Below, piece by piece: positions 37,501-53,425 of a stretch of 64,000 nt of DNA; position 1 is the stretch's first letter; each line of letters opens with the position of its first letter. The stretch spans positions 5,313,929 to 5,377,928 of the forward strand of contig OZ037769.1 in assembly GCA_964035545.1 (NCBI GenBank), in the 5' to 3' direction. The DNA is from Bugula neritina. Lineage: Eukaryota > Animalia > Bryozoa. A program made the translations under genes and the position numbers. Below the pieces are notes generated by a model. It was not told the origin of the DNA, did not search any database, and saw nothing but the letters and a program-made list of their open reading frames with translations.

Positions 37501-40500
37501 ATATCAGCAAATTAGAACCGAAAATTAAAGTTTGCTCAAAGTTCTTGAAGATTTACTAAATCGAGTAAGTAATTTTATATGCTGATTTTAACTATGCATA
37601 ACAAAAGAGGCTCGGAAGAGGTCCTGCAACATTAAAGCACGATGTCATTGTCATATGGGCTAAAGCGATATGTGTGGACTGTAATGAAAAAAAACTATCA
37701 CGTTCTGTATATTCCAATTTATAAAAAAAACATTCAGAAAAAACATAAGAGTTCGAGCAAAATTAAGAAAACCTTAATTATTTAGTTGTATTTGTTAACA
37801 TTTTATTAGTTTGGGGCAAAAAACCGCTTACATTCGCATCTAAATTGTGAAAATATGGCTAAAACCTAGAGATATAGAGTGTGTACTAAATTAAGTAAAA
37901 TGACGTACATTCAGTTACCTAGATTATAGTATACAACAGTTTGCAGTGTGTGCTTATTCAACTGTAAAAGATCTCTATACCCATGTCGTTTGTTTCTGTG
38001 TACCTTGTTTACCACTGAGCATCAGAATCCTGATTCTAACCTCCTTGTAGGTTCGAGGATGGAACTCCACCCTACCAGCAGGTCTCTGCTCTCAAGTTTG
38101 GTTTTGAGATGTATTTTGGTAACTTAAACTTTTACTCTACTATACTAATACATTCAGTACTATGAGCTTGTTTCGAGATATTAGGTCAAGCATTTTTGAT
38201 TGTGTTATGAAGCTGTTAGAGGTTATTCTTCATTATTTTATTTGCATTAAATTTCTTTGGGTAATTGATTATTTTTAATAATAATTTCAGTTATAACTTC
38301 GTGAATGATACTGTAAAAATGTTGATATAATACTATTTAGCCGTATAATATAGGGTTACTATACTGATGTGTTTAAAATTCTGTACTTGATCTTTAACAG
38401 TTGTAAGTTTAGTTTACGTGTGATGCTTGTGGGTTTCAATTTCAATAAATTTATCAGTGTTTTACTTCTCATACCATTCAATGCATTTGTGGTTTTATGT
38501 AACGAAATTTGGCTCCTTAAATTTACAAAGGGTTATTTTCTTTTAAAAAAAATATTTTATTCATTTATAAAAATCAATGTTGAATCTGTTACAGGAATGC
38601 AAACCTAATTAAAAATTTAGAAAGCAAGAAAGAAATTGAAAACTGAAAAGAAATGCTATTGAAGCACATCAGTTTTAAATAATATATTGCAACTTGTATG
38701 TATCTGTATAGGTAAAGATATTGGCACTAAACCTTTCCAGCTGGCTAAGCAGACGTATGACGAGTTGAAGGTACTGACTCACTACAATGGTGCTAAGTTA
38801 GTAGAGCTCTACTCTGATACTGACTTTACGGACTCCAGTAAGCAGGGCCCCATAGTCGCATTCAATCTCAAACGGGCCAACGGACAGTATATTGGGTTTA
38901 ATGAGGTTTGCTTATGTTACATTCGCCTCCTTATAAAAAAATCAATTATAAAGAAAAATTACTCGGAGCTAAATGTCGTTTCTATTCAAGTCTGAAAGAT
39001 ACGGGAAACATCATAAAATATGTATGTAGCTGGTTTCAATTGTTAATTGTTGAGGATGGAAAGTGATAAAAACATTAAATTAAGCAGTAATATGTTACGT
39101 ATTATTCAAGGGATTTTGTTGTGAGAGATTACTTGGTTTTATAGATTCATATATATTGAATGCTTGACATTCTGTGATCTTTATCAATGCATTCACTTAA
39201 AATACAATCTAAATTCGTTCAACTGACTTCACTCTCTCCAACTACTCACTCATTTGAAGAACATAATATGTCTATGTTGTATGTATTAATTTCATTCGAT
39301 ATTCTAATGTCGGTAAAGTATGCGCAGCATGGTTAGAGTTTCACTGTGTTACCTCGCAGTACCGCACTTACTCTGCATTGATTTCCTCCGGCTAGGTCAA
39401 ACAGCTGGCTAATCTGTATCAAATCATTCTCCGATACGGCTGCTTCTGCAATATAGGGGCGTGTCACAAGTTCCTTGACATCTCTACACAGCAACTCAAA
39501 CAAAACTATGAGGTAAGTTTGCAGTGGAAAGTGAACAGATTTTGTTAAACCCACGTTGATATTTTTTCTTGGCAGTTTTGGCTTCCTTTCTGCATCACTT
39601 TCAACATACGTACACGAAAAATTGGGAGTTTTCTTTTCTTTTTGAATCTGGTCAATAATTTTGAAAAAGAATCAGGTCTTTGTGTAAAAATGTGTATTTA
39701 TTTCCAAATAAGAAAAAATAATCATATTGCTTTAATTTTCACTTTGTAATTTAATCTTGAGCATATACTGATTTCTATCCCACCATTTATGATAGGAATT
39801 ATACAAATTAGGGGTGAGTAGAATTTATAGCTGTTCTATTTTGTTGACCTGGTTTTAGCTGATCTGTTTTATAATAATATACTGTTTATTTTCTGCTTTG
39901 AGCTCTAGTAACGTGTAACTTTATATCTCATGTTAGTCAGGTCACAGGTGCGGCAACTCTGTGGATCTCGTTGATGGTCGTCCCACAGGGGCTGTAAGAG
40001 CGTCCTTTGGCGTCCTTTCCACCGACAGAGACGTGGCTTCCCTGGTAAACTTCCTAACTGACCTGTTTCAGGAGAAGAGCGGCTTTACTCTGGATCCTTC
40101 TGGTGAGTTAAGAGTTTCAGGATATCTGAGTTGGATTTATTTAGCCTTCATTCACTTTTCCGGCAGTTGATCTATGATTGTATGAAATGTGTTGAATAAC
40201 GTTTCTATTAGCTGAGGTATGGCAGCCTATGTACATACACACACGCACACATATTGCTGTATTTTCATTATGATTTACAACTTACTAATGCTTGTATTAG
40301 ACAGAGGCGCTGAGGGACATTGCCCACTCGATGCTATTTTAATTGACTCTCAAATGATCAAAGAAGTCGAAGAAAGACTCTCAAAAGCAAAACTTTCAAC
40401 ACCTACTAACGATTTTGGTAATTACAAAGGAAATGACTATGAAAAGTACTTCAGAATGTAGAAATGACAAGAATTATGCTGCATTACTTTGTTTTATTCA

Positions 40501-43500
40501 CAGAAGAGTTCCAACTGAAGGACAACAGGCTCAACATCACAACACCAACTTCGACCTCCCCGGTGACATTTGACCTTGACAATACTATTAGTTTGGATAG
40601 ACAACTCTCTACTTCTGTTGTATCTCAATCTCCGCCCCCTCCGTCATCTTCTCTGGTCAAGGTCACAAGAAGTGGGGATGTTCAAGGTCGTTCAGAAGCT
40701 TGCCTGTCTGCTATATACTTATACCCAGTCAAGTCTTGCTCAGCGTTTCAAGTAAGAGAGCATTGTTCAAAATCTTTTTGGATGGTTTTAAGAATTCATA
40801 ATCTTTGTAGTTAAATCCGTTTGCCTGATAGAGTTGCTTTGTAGGTATTGTTTGTTTTTTTTTATAATTTCTGAGCATTTGTTCCGGTTGACCAGTTTTC
40901 TTTTCAATCACTTAAACATGATAAACTTTTTACATTGCTGATAACAACATTAAAATTATTTTTTGTTGATAAAAAATTCTTTTGGAATTTCACTATTTCA
41001 ATACATTAGGAAATATTTGGGTACAACCCATTTCATGTTCTTTTTATGTTTACATTCTGTATTAAAGGTAGTTGTGTACTTCATTGTTTTTCTAGGTAGA
41101 CAATTGGCCAGTGTGTTCTTCCGGGCTACTGTATGACAGAATGTGGGCTATTGTACACGGCAACAGAGTTCTCAGTCTAAAGGGATGTCCTGACTTGAGG
41201 AAGATCCGCCCCTTCATTGACTTGGAGACTAAACAACTGACCCTCAAAGCTGAGTGTATGCACCGTCTTTACGCTGCTACGTCTAAACTCCTGTCTAATT
41301 ATATGCACTTGTATATAACCCATATAACTGAAAGTGCTGGAGAATAATATGTTCACTCCACAACTTTTGTCATTTGACTGTTTCTTTAGACCAACATTTT
41401 TCATACAATTAAGTTATATGCTATTTCCCTAGAAGCTCTTCTCTTTGCTAAGTGACTAAACCTTAGTTCTGATGTTGCCATTTAATTAATCCCACTGTAA
41501 GTGTGAAGACAGCAACTTGTAGGCGTGTTGTACTTCTTATGGTGCTACACCTGTCTGGGTGAAGGGATTTATACACACTTTCTGATTGCTCACACCTGAT
41601 ACTCCCAATGTGTATTTTATATAGCATTTGACGATATATCCATCCCCATAGAGAGTGGCACAGGCACAGATATGGATGGAGTAGATGTCAAAATTTGTTC
41701 GATGAAAATTTGTGGAAAGTTGTAAGAGTTCCATTATTCTATATATTGATGTTGGCTGTATTATATACATATTATTATATATACCATTATAGTGTTTTAT
41801 ATGTGGCATAGCATTATTATATTACCATAGTAGTTTTATATATATCATTATTATAATATAATAATGTTATATATGATATTACTATGGTACATATAATAAT
41901 CCTGTATTATTATATGTACCATAGTATTATTATATACACCATAGTATTATATGTACCATAATGATACTATATGTACTATAGTAATATTATATGTAGCATA
42001 GCATACTTATATATACCATAGTAATTTTATATGTACTATAGTAGTATATACCATAGTATTATATGTAACATTGTATTATTATACGTATCATAATATTATT
42101 GTTTTTCATTGTTTCATGCTTGCTCCTAAATGTTTTTCTGGAACATTTATTCTATTTATTATAATATTATATATACAAATGTGATATAATAACATATATA
42201 ATGATATTATAGTGTATTATCACCAGCTTTGCTTCAAACGTTGACCAGTCTAGCACTATTTTGTGCTGTCAACATAAAATATAAGGCAGCTAGATAGTCA
42301 CAATGGTTTCAACTGCTTTTATTTCTGTATAATCATTCTTCTAATGGAATCTTACATATTTCTATCAGGCAATAGTCCAAAGCTCTAGCTATACTCGCAA
42401 TAAAAGAGTTTGTATTGTTAATAATGACTATAACAAAGCTAACAGGCGCGTACATCAATATTCATCTTCTGACAGACAAATAAGTTGTATCTGTATACTG
42501 TATTCAGTTAACAAGACATTATCTGTATGTTCTGGTGGTTCGGGCATACTGTACAACATTCCACTATACACTAGTGACACAATGTCTCACTGGTATACTT
42601 GAAATTCCTCGTCTCGTGTTTCAGAGTTCAGACAGCAGACTGCGGTACAGCTGCTGCCGAGTGGGTGTCTGATGTCATCGGTAACACGGACTGTCGGTTG
42701 GTGACCCTATCTGGCGTCCAGCAAGGTGAGGGAGTCGCCTTTTCACATTGTCATTCTAATTGCTTTATTTATTTACTTTCTTTGTGTTTTATCATAGCTG
42801 TAGTCACCTCATTACCTACAAGCTTTACATCTCATCTGACGTGAACTCTTGTTTGTTTCGTTTATTGTTTTTGTAGAGATGCAACAGTGATTATATTACT
42901 TGCTGTAAGATAGTTGTGCTCTCACTTTACTTTAACGTGTTTTTGCTAAAGCCTTGAACTTGGTGTTCTTACATTATTTGAAAAAAATTATGTGATGTAA
43001 CCTTTTCGAGTGATGCAATTTGCTTTTTTTATGCATGTTTTATGATTGGTTAAAGTCACAATCTCAACTGATGCAGTCTATGGAAGAAATCTTTGGTGTT
43101 AACTAAATAAAGTTGAAGTAAAATGTATTAGAATTGTCTCCCCTTACACTGTTTCAAGATCTACTTTACTTTTATGGTCAGAAAAATACGTTGGTGCTTT
43201 GACTTCAGCCAGTTTTTAATAGCTTGTTAAGTCTATTTATAGAATCCTTAGATGACTCATCAACAACTGAATCTCTCCCTCCAGCTTCCTCTCCAGAACA
43301 AAACTTGGTTAATGAGTCACCAGCACGAAGTCTGGTTAATGACTCACAGTATACTCTGATCTCCACCACCTCCCTCAATAGTCTTTGCAAATACATCATT
43401 GAACAGATGAACTGCTATATTGACGGTAAGATGCTGGGATGTTGCATCTATCAGGATATATTTTCGCTAATTGTTTTTTTTTGCCGAATATTCATTTTGA

Positions 43501-44084
43501 TTGGCTTTTTTTGCTGTTTAGTGTAGTTATGGTTGTTTTAGTTTTTTGAAAAAAGTTCAACTACTTCAAACATTTAAGAATTTTGTAATAGTTTATTATG
43601 TGATCTGTGATTTGGAACTGATTTGTGAAACTAAAATTAGTGGTAAGCAGTTGCTGAATCATATTTCAATTGTTTTATATACTTAGTGAATGCTATTGAT
43701 AGTGATGTGCTTATCATGGTTTAAATTGAGGTTTTTTTTTACGTTTAAATAAATTGTTTTCTTTTTTCCTCATTTAACAAAGTATCTAATTGTCGTTATG
43801 TACAGCAGTAAAATTTACTTCAACTTTTAGAAAACGAGTTAATCACAAGATTCAGGAGTAATTTTGTTCTATCAGGAGCACCGACTGATGCGGAAGAACT
43901 CTGGACGTCTCTAAAAATTGGTGACTCGTTGAATTTCAAGGTATTTATATCTTTTCAATCTCACTTGCATCTGCATGTTGACCATCTAAGATAAAACCAG
44001 AAGTAAAATGGTGTTGGTTTGCATTTCGATTATTTGTTTACAACTACTTTTCTTCTAACCATTAGTCTTGAACATGATACTGTA

Positions 44085-44123
<39 letters not shown>

Positions 44124-44218
44124 GCTACTACTACTACTACTGCTACTACTACTACTACTGCAACTACTGCTACTACTACTACTACTACTACTACTACTGC
44201 TACTACTACTACTACTAG

Positions 44219-44297
<79 letters not shown>

Positions 44298-44298
44298 G

Positions 44299-44330
<32 letters not shown>

Positions 44331-44729
44331 GCTACTACTACTACTACTGCTACTGCTACTACTACATGAATTCTAGAGTCTAGGAGTATGTGAGAGGTGC
44401 TCTACAGTCTCGGTGGACACAAGTTCTGGCGCCAGGACTAAGGAGCCATTCCGATCTTTATCTCTCAAGAGAGGTGCCAAAGTATGAGAACAGTTTTGCT
44501 AGTCGTGTTTTATTAAACTTGTAGTTGTGTCGAATAACTTGATATCTATAGTCATATTCTTGGCAATGACGCATATGACATGCTCTGTGATTATGTAGAT
44601 TTCTCTCTCATGCTGTAGTCTATCTTGTTGCAGGCTGCGTTTGGTATTCATTTGAAAGGCTTTGGGATAGTAAAAGGTGTGGTTAGTGTGGGGATGAAAG
44701 TTACTACAGTCTGTGCTATTGACACATAG
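34567..44729 (+). CDS. MOCOS: Molybdenum cofactor sulfurase (NifS-like PLP domain + MOSC_N + MOSC), ~864 aa
   Basis: 18 phase-consistent GT-AG exons: 34567-34627, 34740-34896, 35015-35241, 36496-36759, 37254-37377, 38051-38118, 38712-38905, 39396-39512, 39937-40102, 40301-40417, 40504-40751, 41096-41255, 41625-41721, 42625-42725, 43243-43425, 43831-43940, 44377-44481, 44634-44729 (2595 nt). Motifs: YLDNAGA, NPHT, NHTSVIGMRE, PAQSNFSG, SFYKIFGYPTG (PLP Lys), FGGGTV, FEDGT, GCFCN (persulfide Cys), GAVRASFG, YPVKSC, YDRMW, RFRSN, CERC. Confidence 0.95.
35924..36376. mobile_element. Non-autonomous DNA transposon (MITE) in MOCOS intron 3
   Basis: 19-bp perfect inverted repeat TAAAGTTGCGTTTATACCT (35924-35942) / AGGTATAAACGCAACTTTA (36358-36376); the interior is richer in CpG than the flanks. 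Confidence 0.7.
41760..42100. repeat. Degenerate AT-rich ~20-bp minisatellite (TATATGTACCATAGTATTAT-like)
   Basis: Repeated TACCATAG/TACTATAG units; a similar array, mostly in the opposite orientation, lies at ~54300-54620. Confidence 0.7.
44085..44365. repeat. (ACT)n trinucleotide microsatellite, ~280 bp
   Basis: Direct reading; intronic in MOCOS, ending about 10 nt before the acceptor AG at 44375-44376. Confidence 0.97.
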
Positions 44730-45922
44730 ATTCTTTTACTAGCATTAGTTACAGGGTCAGACAAATCTCAAAAATCCTGTTTTCTTTAGAGCAACTTATT
44801 ATTGCATGTTTTCTTTTTAAATTTAAAAGCTATAAAGATTTAAGTTACTAAAATTACTATGTCATTGCAGCTAGGTAGTTTACTATGATGGTGATTATTG
44901 CTGATTATACAAATGAATGAGTTTTGGCCATATGCAATGGGTGCTAATTTCAATGCTCAATTTCAACCACGTACATTCAGTTAATTTTCTAATACTTGTT
45001 TTTTGCAAGACTAGTCGGTTTATGACATTGGTATAAATTATTGTTAGGTGTATAAGCACTATTCCTTCAATGCAGGTAGTTTACTCAACTGGATTGATGT
45101 TTTGATTTTTGATGATAAATTTTTCAACAGTATTTTGCTTAGACTAGAATGAGATCATATTTTTTGAGAACACTAGTTTTTTATAATCTTATTCTATTGA
45201 AAAAATTTATACATTTGAAACTATTGTTGATTGTTTAAAAAAGTTTACATTAGACTCAATTACGCTCATTATTTATATTTATTATTTATGGAAGTTGCAA
45301 TTTTCTAGCAACTAGTCTCTAATAAGAAAGTATTGCCATATAGAAAGGTGTTTACACTGTGATTTATTTATATCTACTCAAGGTCCAAGGCCAATAAAAT
45401 TTATAAACTTCAGACAATCTGGTGCTCACTTTCCTAACATATGCATATATGAGTAAAATCTGTCAAAAACTATCGCTATGACATTATATCAACTTGACTC
45501 AATAATTGTGATAAAATCAATTTAGTATATTATCAATCATCAACTATACACTTTCTAGCTACACTCATCCTTTATTTCTATGTTTAATGAATTCAGCCTT
45601 CATAATAAATTCCAACAGCTGTGTGCTCTTGATATACTTGGGTAGGTGCTCTAGTGTGTGTAGTCTCAGTTTTAGTATAATATTACTGTTAACACATTTG
45701 CTGTTGCTATTTCAAGTCTAACCCTGATCATATTGAAAACTAAAATGTTGTGAACAGATGAATAGATGTAGCTGTGAATACGTTTGCTATATTGTTGTTA
45801 ACACGAATAATCACAAAGCAATTATTTTTTTTGACAATTTAAAGAAAAGTGAGTACAAAAGCATTATTTCTTTTTTCGATGGTGACAAATATGACTGATG
45901 GCTTGAAATCGTTACAAAGCAA

Positions 45923-48900
45923 TCACTTTGCTTGCTTCTTTTTAAAATCAGCTAGTATCTTTCTCCTCTGCAGTTTCTGTAGCTGTACGTGGGTAGGTCC
46001 TGTCCACTCTCTGTCCTCCCTTATTGCCGACATATCAAAGTCTCGAGAGCGCTGAAACTGTGGTTTGTATATAATTCTGGTATTGGCCGCCTTTGACCCG
46101 GGCTTCAATTTCACCGCCCCTCTTTTGGTCTTGAGCTTTGACATGTTAGCAGGCAATCTAGCTGACGAGTAATCATCGAAATATCTGTAAACCACATCCT
46201 CCGGGATGTCTTGAGGCTCTTTACTCAGCCAGCAATTGGGATCCCCAAGTTTATGTCTGTGGCAAGGGAGAGATGTACCCAAGTGAAATTCAGAGTAAGT
46301 ATAGCAATCGTCTCCTCCGTCATCAACAATCTGACTGCCCTGTGCCTTCTGCAGCTTGTCTAAGCCACTGTCAAATGTGTCGTACATTGTGACTGGCCAC
46401 TCATGCCATCTGTGTGGCCGTAGTAATTCTTCGTCTGAGTCAACTTCTTCTGTACAAATCTCCTCAACTATTGGCCCAAATTCCTCCTCGCATGTTTCTT
46501 CACCCTCTTCAATTGTCAGCTCTTCTAGTTCCTTGAATAGCACATCTCTATCTGAGAGACTTTGCGATTTTACTTCTAAGTATATAAAATTAAAACAAAA
46601 TGTATATGAGTGCATTTTTAGACAGTTAATTTGTTAATTTCAGATAGAACAGGTAATTTGTTCTGGTGTCGAAAAATAATTTTATAGCTTGAGCCACATG
46701 AAGCAAAATTTTGCGTACTAAGCTGTATGTAGTAAATTAGCTATATAGGAGTTACCTGCTACACACAGTATGTACTACCAGAATGAAAAATCCATTTACC
46801 CGTGCTTTACAACAATATTATTTTATTTTTGAGATCTCATTCGCTATTCTCAACAATGCAAAATATAGAGAAATAAAACTATAAAACAAAAAAGTGGATT
46901 CTCTAAATAGCAATCTGAGACAACCAGTTAGTTTCTAACGCAAGAATTTTTGTCTGTTTGTTTGTTTTATTTTGTCGCAGACGGAAAAAATAGATACAGT
47001 GGAGAAAAATAAACAAAATGACAAGGCCCATGGCGCAATAGCACTGCAGCTAGTCGAAGCACCGAGAACTATTGCTGGGTTTATCCCGAACTTTGACTGC
47101 ATCTTTGACTTTGACGGAATTTTAAATAAAAAGTAAATAAAGTGAAGAAAAATTGCAATAATTGCAAAAGACTGCCGTTCATATCAACTCAATTAACAAT
47201 GCTTGTATAACACATGCATTCTGTAGATTGATTTCAAATATTGTGTTGAGGCAAAGCAGTTTATAAATTCAGCATAATTATCTCCAAAATTTTGAACTCC
47301 CAGGTCATTGTGTTACAGCAGCGAATCAAAAACTCAATTTTCTAACCTTGACAATGTAGCTATTGCAACTGTTGGCCATACTCATAACAAACTACTTATA
47401 ATTGTTCATGTTTTAAATCATACATAAGTTGCTTTACCACAAAATAGATGCAAGTGTCTTACGATATGGAGTGCCAAATGGTCAAAAGCTATTTGCAGTG
47501 TTAAGATTACCCAGTAACCCCTGTTATGTAATGGTGCGCATGCAAGCTGGAGGTCTCAAGTTCGAATCCCAGGGGAAGCAAAAGTGTTGAATTATTTAAG
47601 TTAACTACTTGATTACTAGTGTTTAGACATTGTATTTGCAACTTACCTGGTTTTTGTTTCTTCAATTTAGAGCTACTACATTGTTCACACACCCTTTCAG
47701 GAGAACCAAATGGCAGTTCATCAAGACTCTGTCCAGAGAACTCAATTGCTGAAACGTACTTGATATGTAAAAATATATATTATATCAATTGACAAGGTTT
47801 TTGCAACTTATTGGCCTATGAGTTATGATAAATTCAATCTGATGCTATAATTTATCTTTTTAACCATTAAATTATATAATATCAATCTAAAATGTTTATT
47901 TTTTAATTTATCTCAATAACAATAATAAAAGATTGTGTAGTAGGAGTTTAGCTATTATTCTTTAACTCTATCATATTTAGTCAATAAACTGAATGTATCA
48001 AATAATTATTAAAAGAATTTTGCCTAAAAGACTTGATCAATTACTATTTAATACAATTAAAAAACTTTTGAAATGTCAAATTCACAAGATATAAGTCTAT
48101 GGAAAACTAATAAATAAATAAGTGAAATATTTTACAGGTTGATAAATTTTTTATAGCAACATTGGAAACATTGTTTAGATAAGAGCTTCAGAAACATTTT
48201 TCATTCTCACCAATAAAAGTCTGTCTACAAGCATCACACTTTCTGATAACAGCTTTTCTTCCAGATGATGAAGTAGACTTCTTTGGTGGGCATTTGACAT
48301 CAGCAGCTGGGATATTTTCAGAAGTACTGGTGCTGCCGCAGCTAAAAGGTGCTGACTTAGTGCGTGTCAATGTGCATTCGTCGCTGCCAAGCTTTAAACT
48401 TTCATCCGCATCCCATGGCTTTTTCCACTGAAAAGGGTTGCTTCTTTGTGAGGGTTCTTCTGGTAATTTTTCTGTGTTTGAAGAAGATGGAAGACCCCAA
48501 GTATATAGTAGTTGGTTTGCTTTAGGAGGTGGCATTTTTTGAGGTGGATTTTTTCGATTTGAACTGTCATCTTTTGACCTAGTAGAAAATGCTAAAGTGG
48601 ATGGCTGCCAGTCGAAGGGGTTTGCCGACTGCGTGTAGAGTGGAGTACCAGAACTACTTGTTTGAGCAGCTGGAAATGGTCTAAACTCTAAAGGAGAAGC
48701 TGGTCTGGTACATGGGGATGCTGACGTGGTAAAAAGTCCCGGGCTGCTACTTAAAGCTGATTCTCCAGTACATGTAGAGGGGGTAATTGTTCTTGCAGCT
48801 AAAAGTTGAAAGAGTTTTATTATATTGTTTGACACCTGAATTAAAATTGTGAAAAAAGCTGCATAAATATCTCTCATAATATTTGAAAGTGAGTTCTAAT

Positions 48901-49117
48901 CTTATAACATTTTTCTCACATGAAAATGCATGAACTGTTTTTACTAAACTGTTTGAGTAGATTATTGAAGATTCACACTTTCAATAAGCTACGTTGCAAA
49001 GCTGCCATCCACTAAATAAGCCTACTATTGTCTTTTTGCACTCAACAAAAACTTACTCTTGCATTTGCTATGGCCTTTCGTGGGAGAACTACTCTGGTAA
49101 CCACCGCCAGATGCCAT
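45923..49117 (-). CDS. Gene A: uncharacterised protein, ~467 aa; S/P/T-rich N-half, CxxC-x25-CxxC motif, acidic patch, Cys/His/Trp C-terminal domain
   Basis: Exons 49117-49057 (MASGGGYQ...), 48798-48211, 47748-47647 and 46575-45923; all introns GT-AG phase 1, frame open throughout. Homology to gene B supports coding status. Confidence 0.8.
47520..47580 (+). mobile_element. Degenerate tRNA-like SINE head
   Basis: TGTAATGGT...GGAGGTCTCAAGTTCGAATCCC (T-loop/B-box); resembles 57131-57205. Confidence 0.4.
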
Positions 49118-50888
49118 TCCAGCTGGCTTTTTTTATGTTTATACAACCAAACTGTTGTGTTGTTACCTACCATTTACAGTAACTCATCCATTCACAAATA
49201 TTGTTTACAGCATTCTTGAAAACTGTAAATTACTTGCATTATTATCATTTTTACTAAAAATTTTTGACTTGCTGTTTATTAATTATAAAAAATTAGTTGG
49301 TGGTATTTTTCATAACTCTTGCTTTATTATAACGTTTCAATTTTGAACAGCTTACAGAATAGAAATGCTTTTGGTACAACACGATCCTATGAAATATGAG
49401 AACATTTTATGCGATTAATTTTAATATTTAAAAGGAGTTAACATCTGAATACATCAGTTTATAAAAGTGAAAACTGTTTTATTTTATAAGCAGACAATGT
49501 TAAATGATTAAAACTACAATTCACTATAATATCAGGTATAGTTTATTATCCATCATGTAACAGAAGTATATTTTTGTCTGTATAAATGACTCACATATAT
49601 GAGCAAAAGACTTGACTTTTGTACAGTGTTACTATATTACTTCTTAATTTTACCTTTTTAGTTTCGCTAATTTATATTCCTCTTAAAGGTCTAGATTACA
49701 ATACACCGACTTTCTTTATTTATGTTCTTATGCAGACTATATAGGCTACATTGAAAAATGGCTTATAGTAAAAACACATTTTATCTAATAAGTAGAAAGG
49801 ATCAACTTAGGCATTTGAATGATGATTTAGAATAGCCTTTAACTTAATTTCAGTAAAATTTAATGTGAATCTATTTACAAAATAGTTGGAGTTTTAAAAG
49901 TTGTGAATATTTCCCATTATTGCCATTTTTTTGCTAGTAAATTTTGTTAATGAACAAACTACTGCATATATATTTATTAAATTTTTACATGTGTTATGAT
50001 GGTTTATTACAACAATATGACTGGCAATATGCTTCCATGAGCATGTTTAGAGCATGAAAAATTATAATTGGTGATTGAAAAAACCTTCATTTTTCCAATA
50101 TTGGTTGTAAAATTTTAACAATATTGTATTTTTTTTTATATATTATCAACTTAAAAATAAAATATTGTATCAGTTTTGAAATATTCCAGAAAAATTTTTA
50201 ATAATTGAAAAAGTCAAAAACGAATTTAAAATTTTATTGTTTTCTTTTTTCAAATTTTGTTAAAAAAAAACAATATAAGCAAAAACTTATAAAATTTGCA
50301 CTCTTTAATTTCATAAGTTATTATAATAATCAATGTAATCATTCAAAGGTTGCATATCACCAATTATTGCTAATGGTAAAACCATGTTCACAAAATTATA
50401 AAGGATGTATAAGTGACAAATTCTTACTTACATTAAGGATAAATTATACACGTTATTTTTAATTGTTGGGAAACATACAAAATTTATATATGTAACCTCT
50501 AGCTTTTTTCAAAATAGAATATTATAGTTTCACACTTTCAATAGTGCAAATGTCATAATGCAAAAAATTTGCTAGCTTATATTACATATAAATTTATTTT
50601 TTGCCAACAATTATTGTGGTTTACCATTTTTCAAAGCTGATGCTTGCCACCATTTGTTAAAAAACTACTGCTCAACTTTTTTTAGATAAACCAACTTATT
50701 CTCATTTTAAAATAGTATTCTTCAATAGCAAGATGTGGGTTTAGCGGTGGTAGTAGAAGGGGTGGTGGTGGTAGAGCAGAAGTAGAGGTTGAGAGAGTTG
50801 TGAAAGGTGGAGTAGTGATGGAGTAATTGAGGGGATGGCTAAATCATTTGGCTATTTGGCAGACATTTAAGATTCGCCAACTTACATG

Positions 50889-53425
<2,537 letters not shown>

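Noticed and set aside
44019-44369. Poly-Thr mucin-like ORF
   Set aside because: Translation of an intronic (ACT)n repeat in MOCOS.
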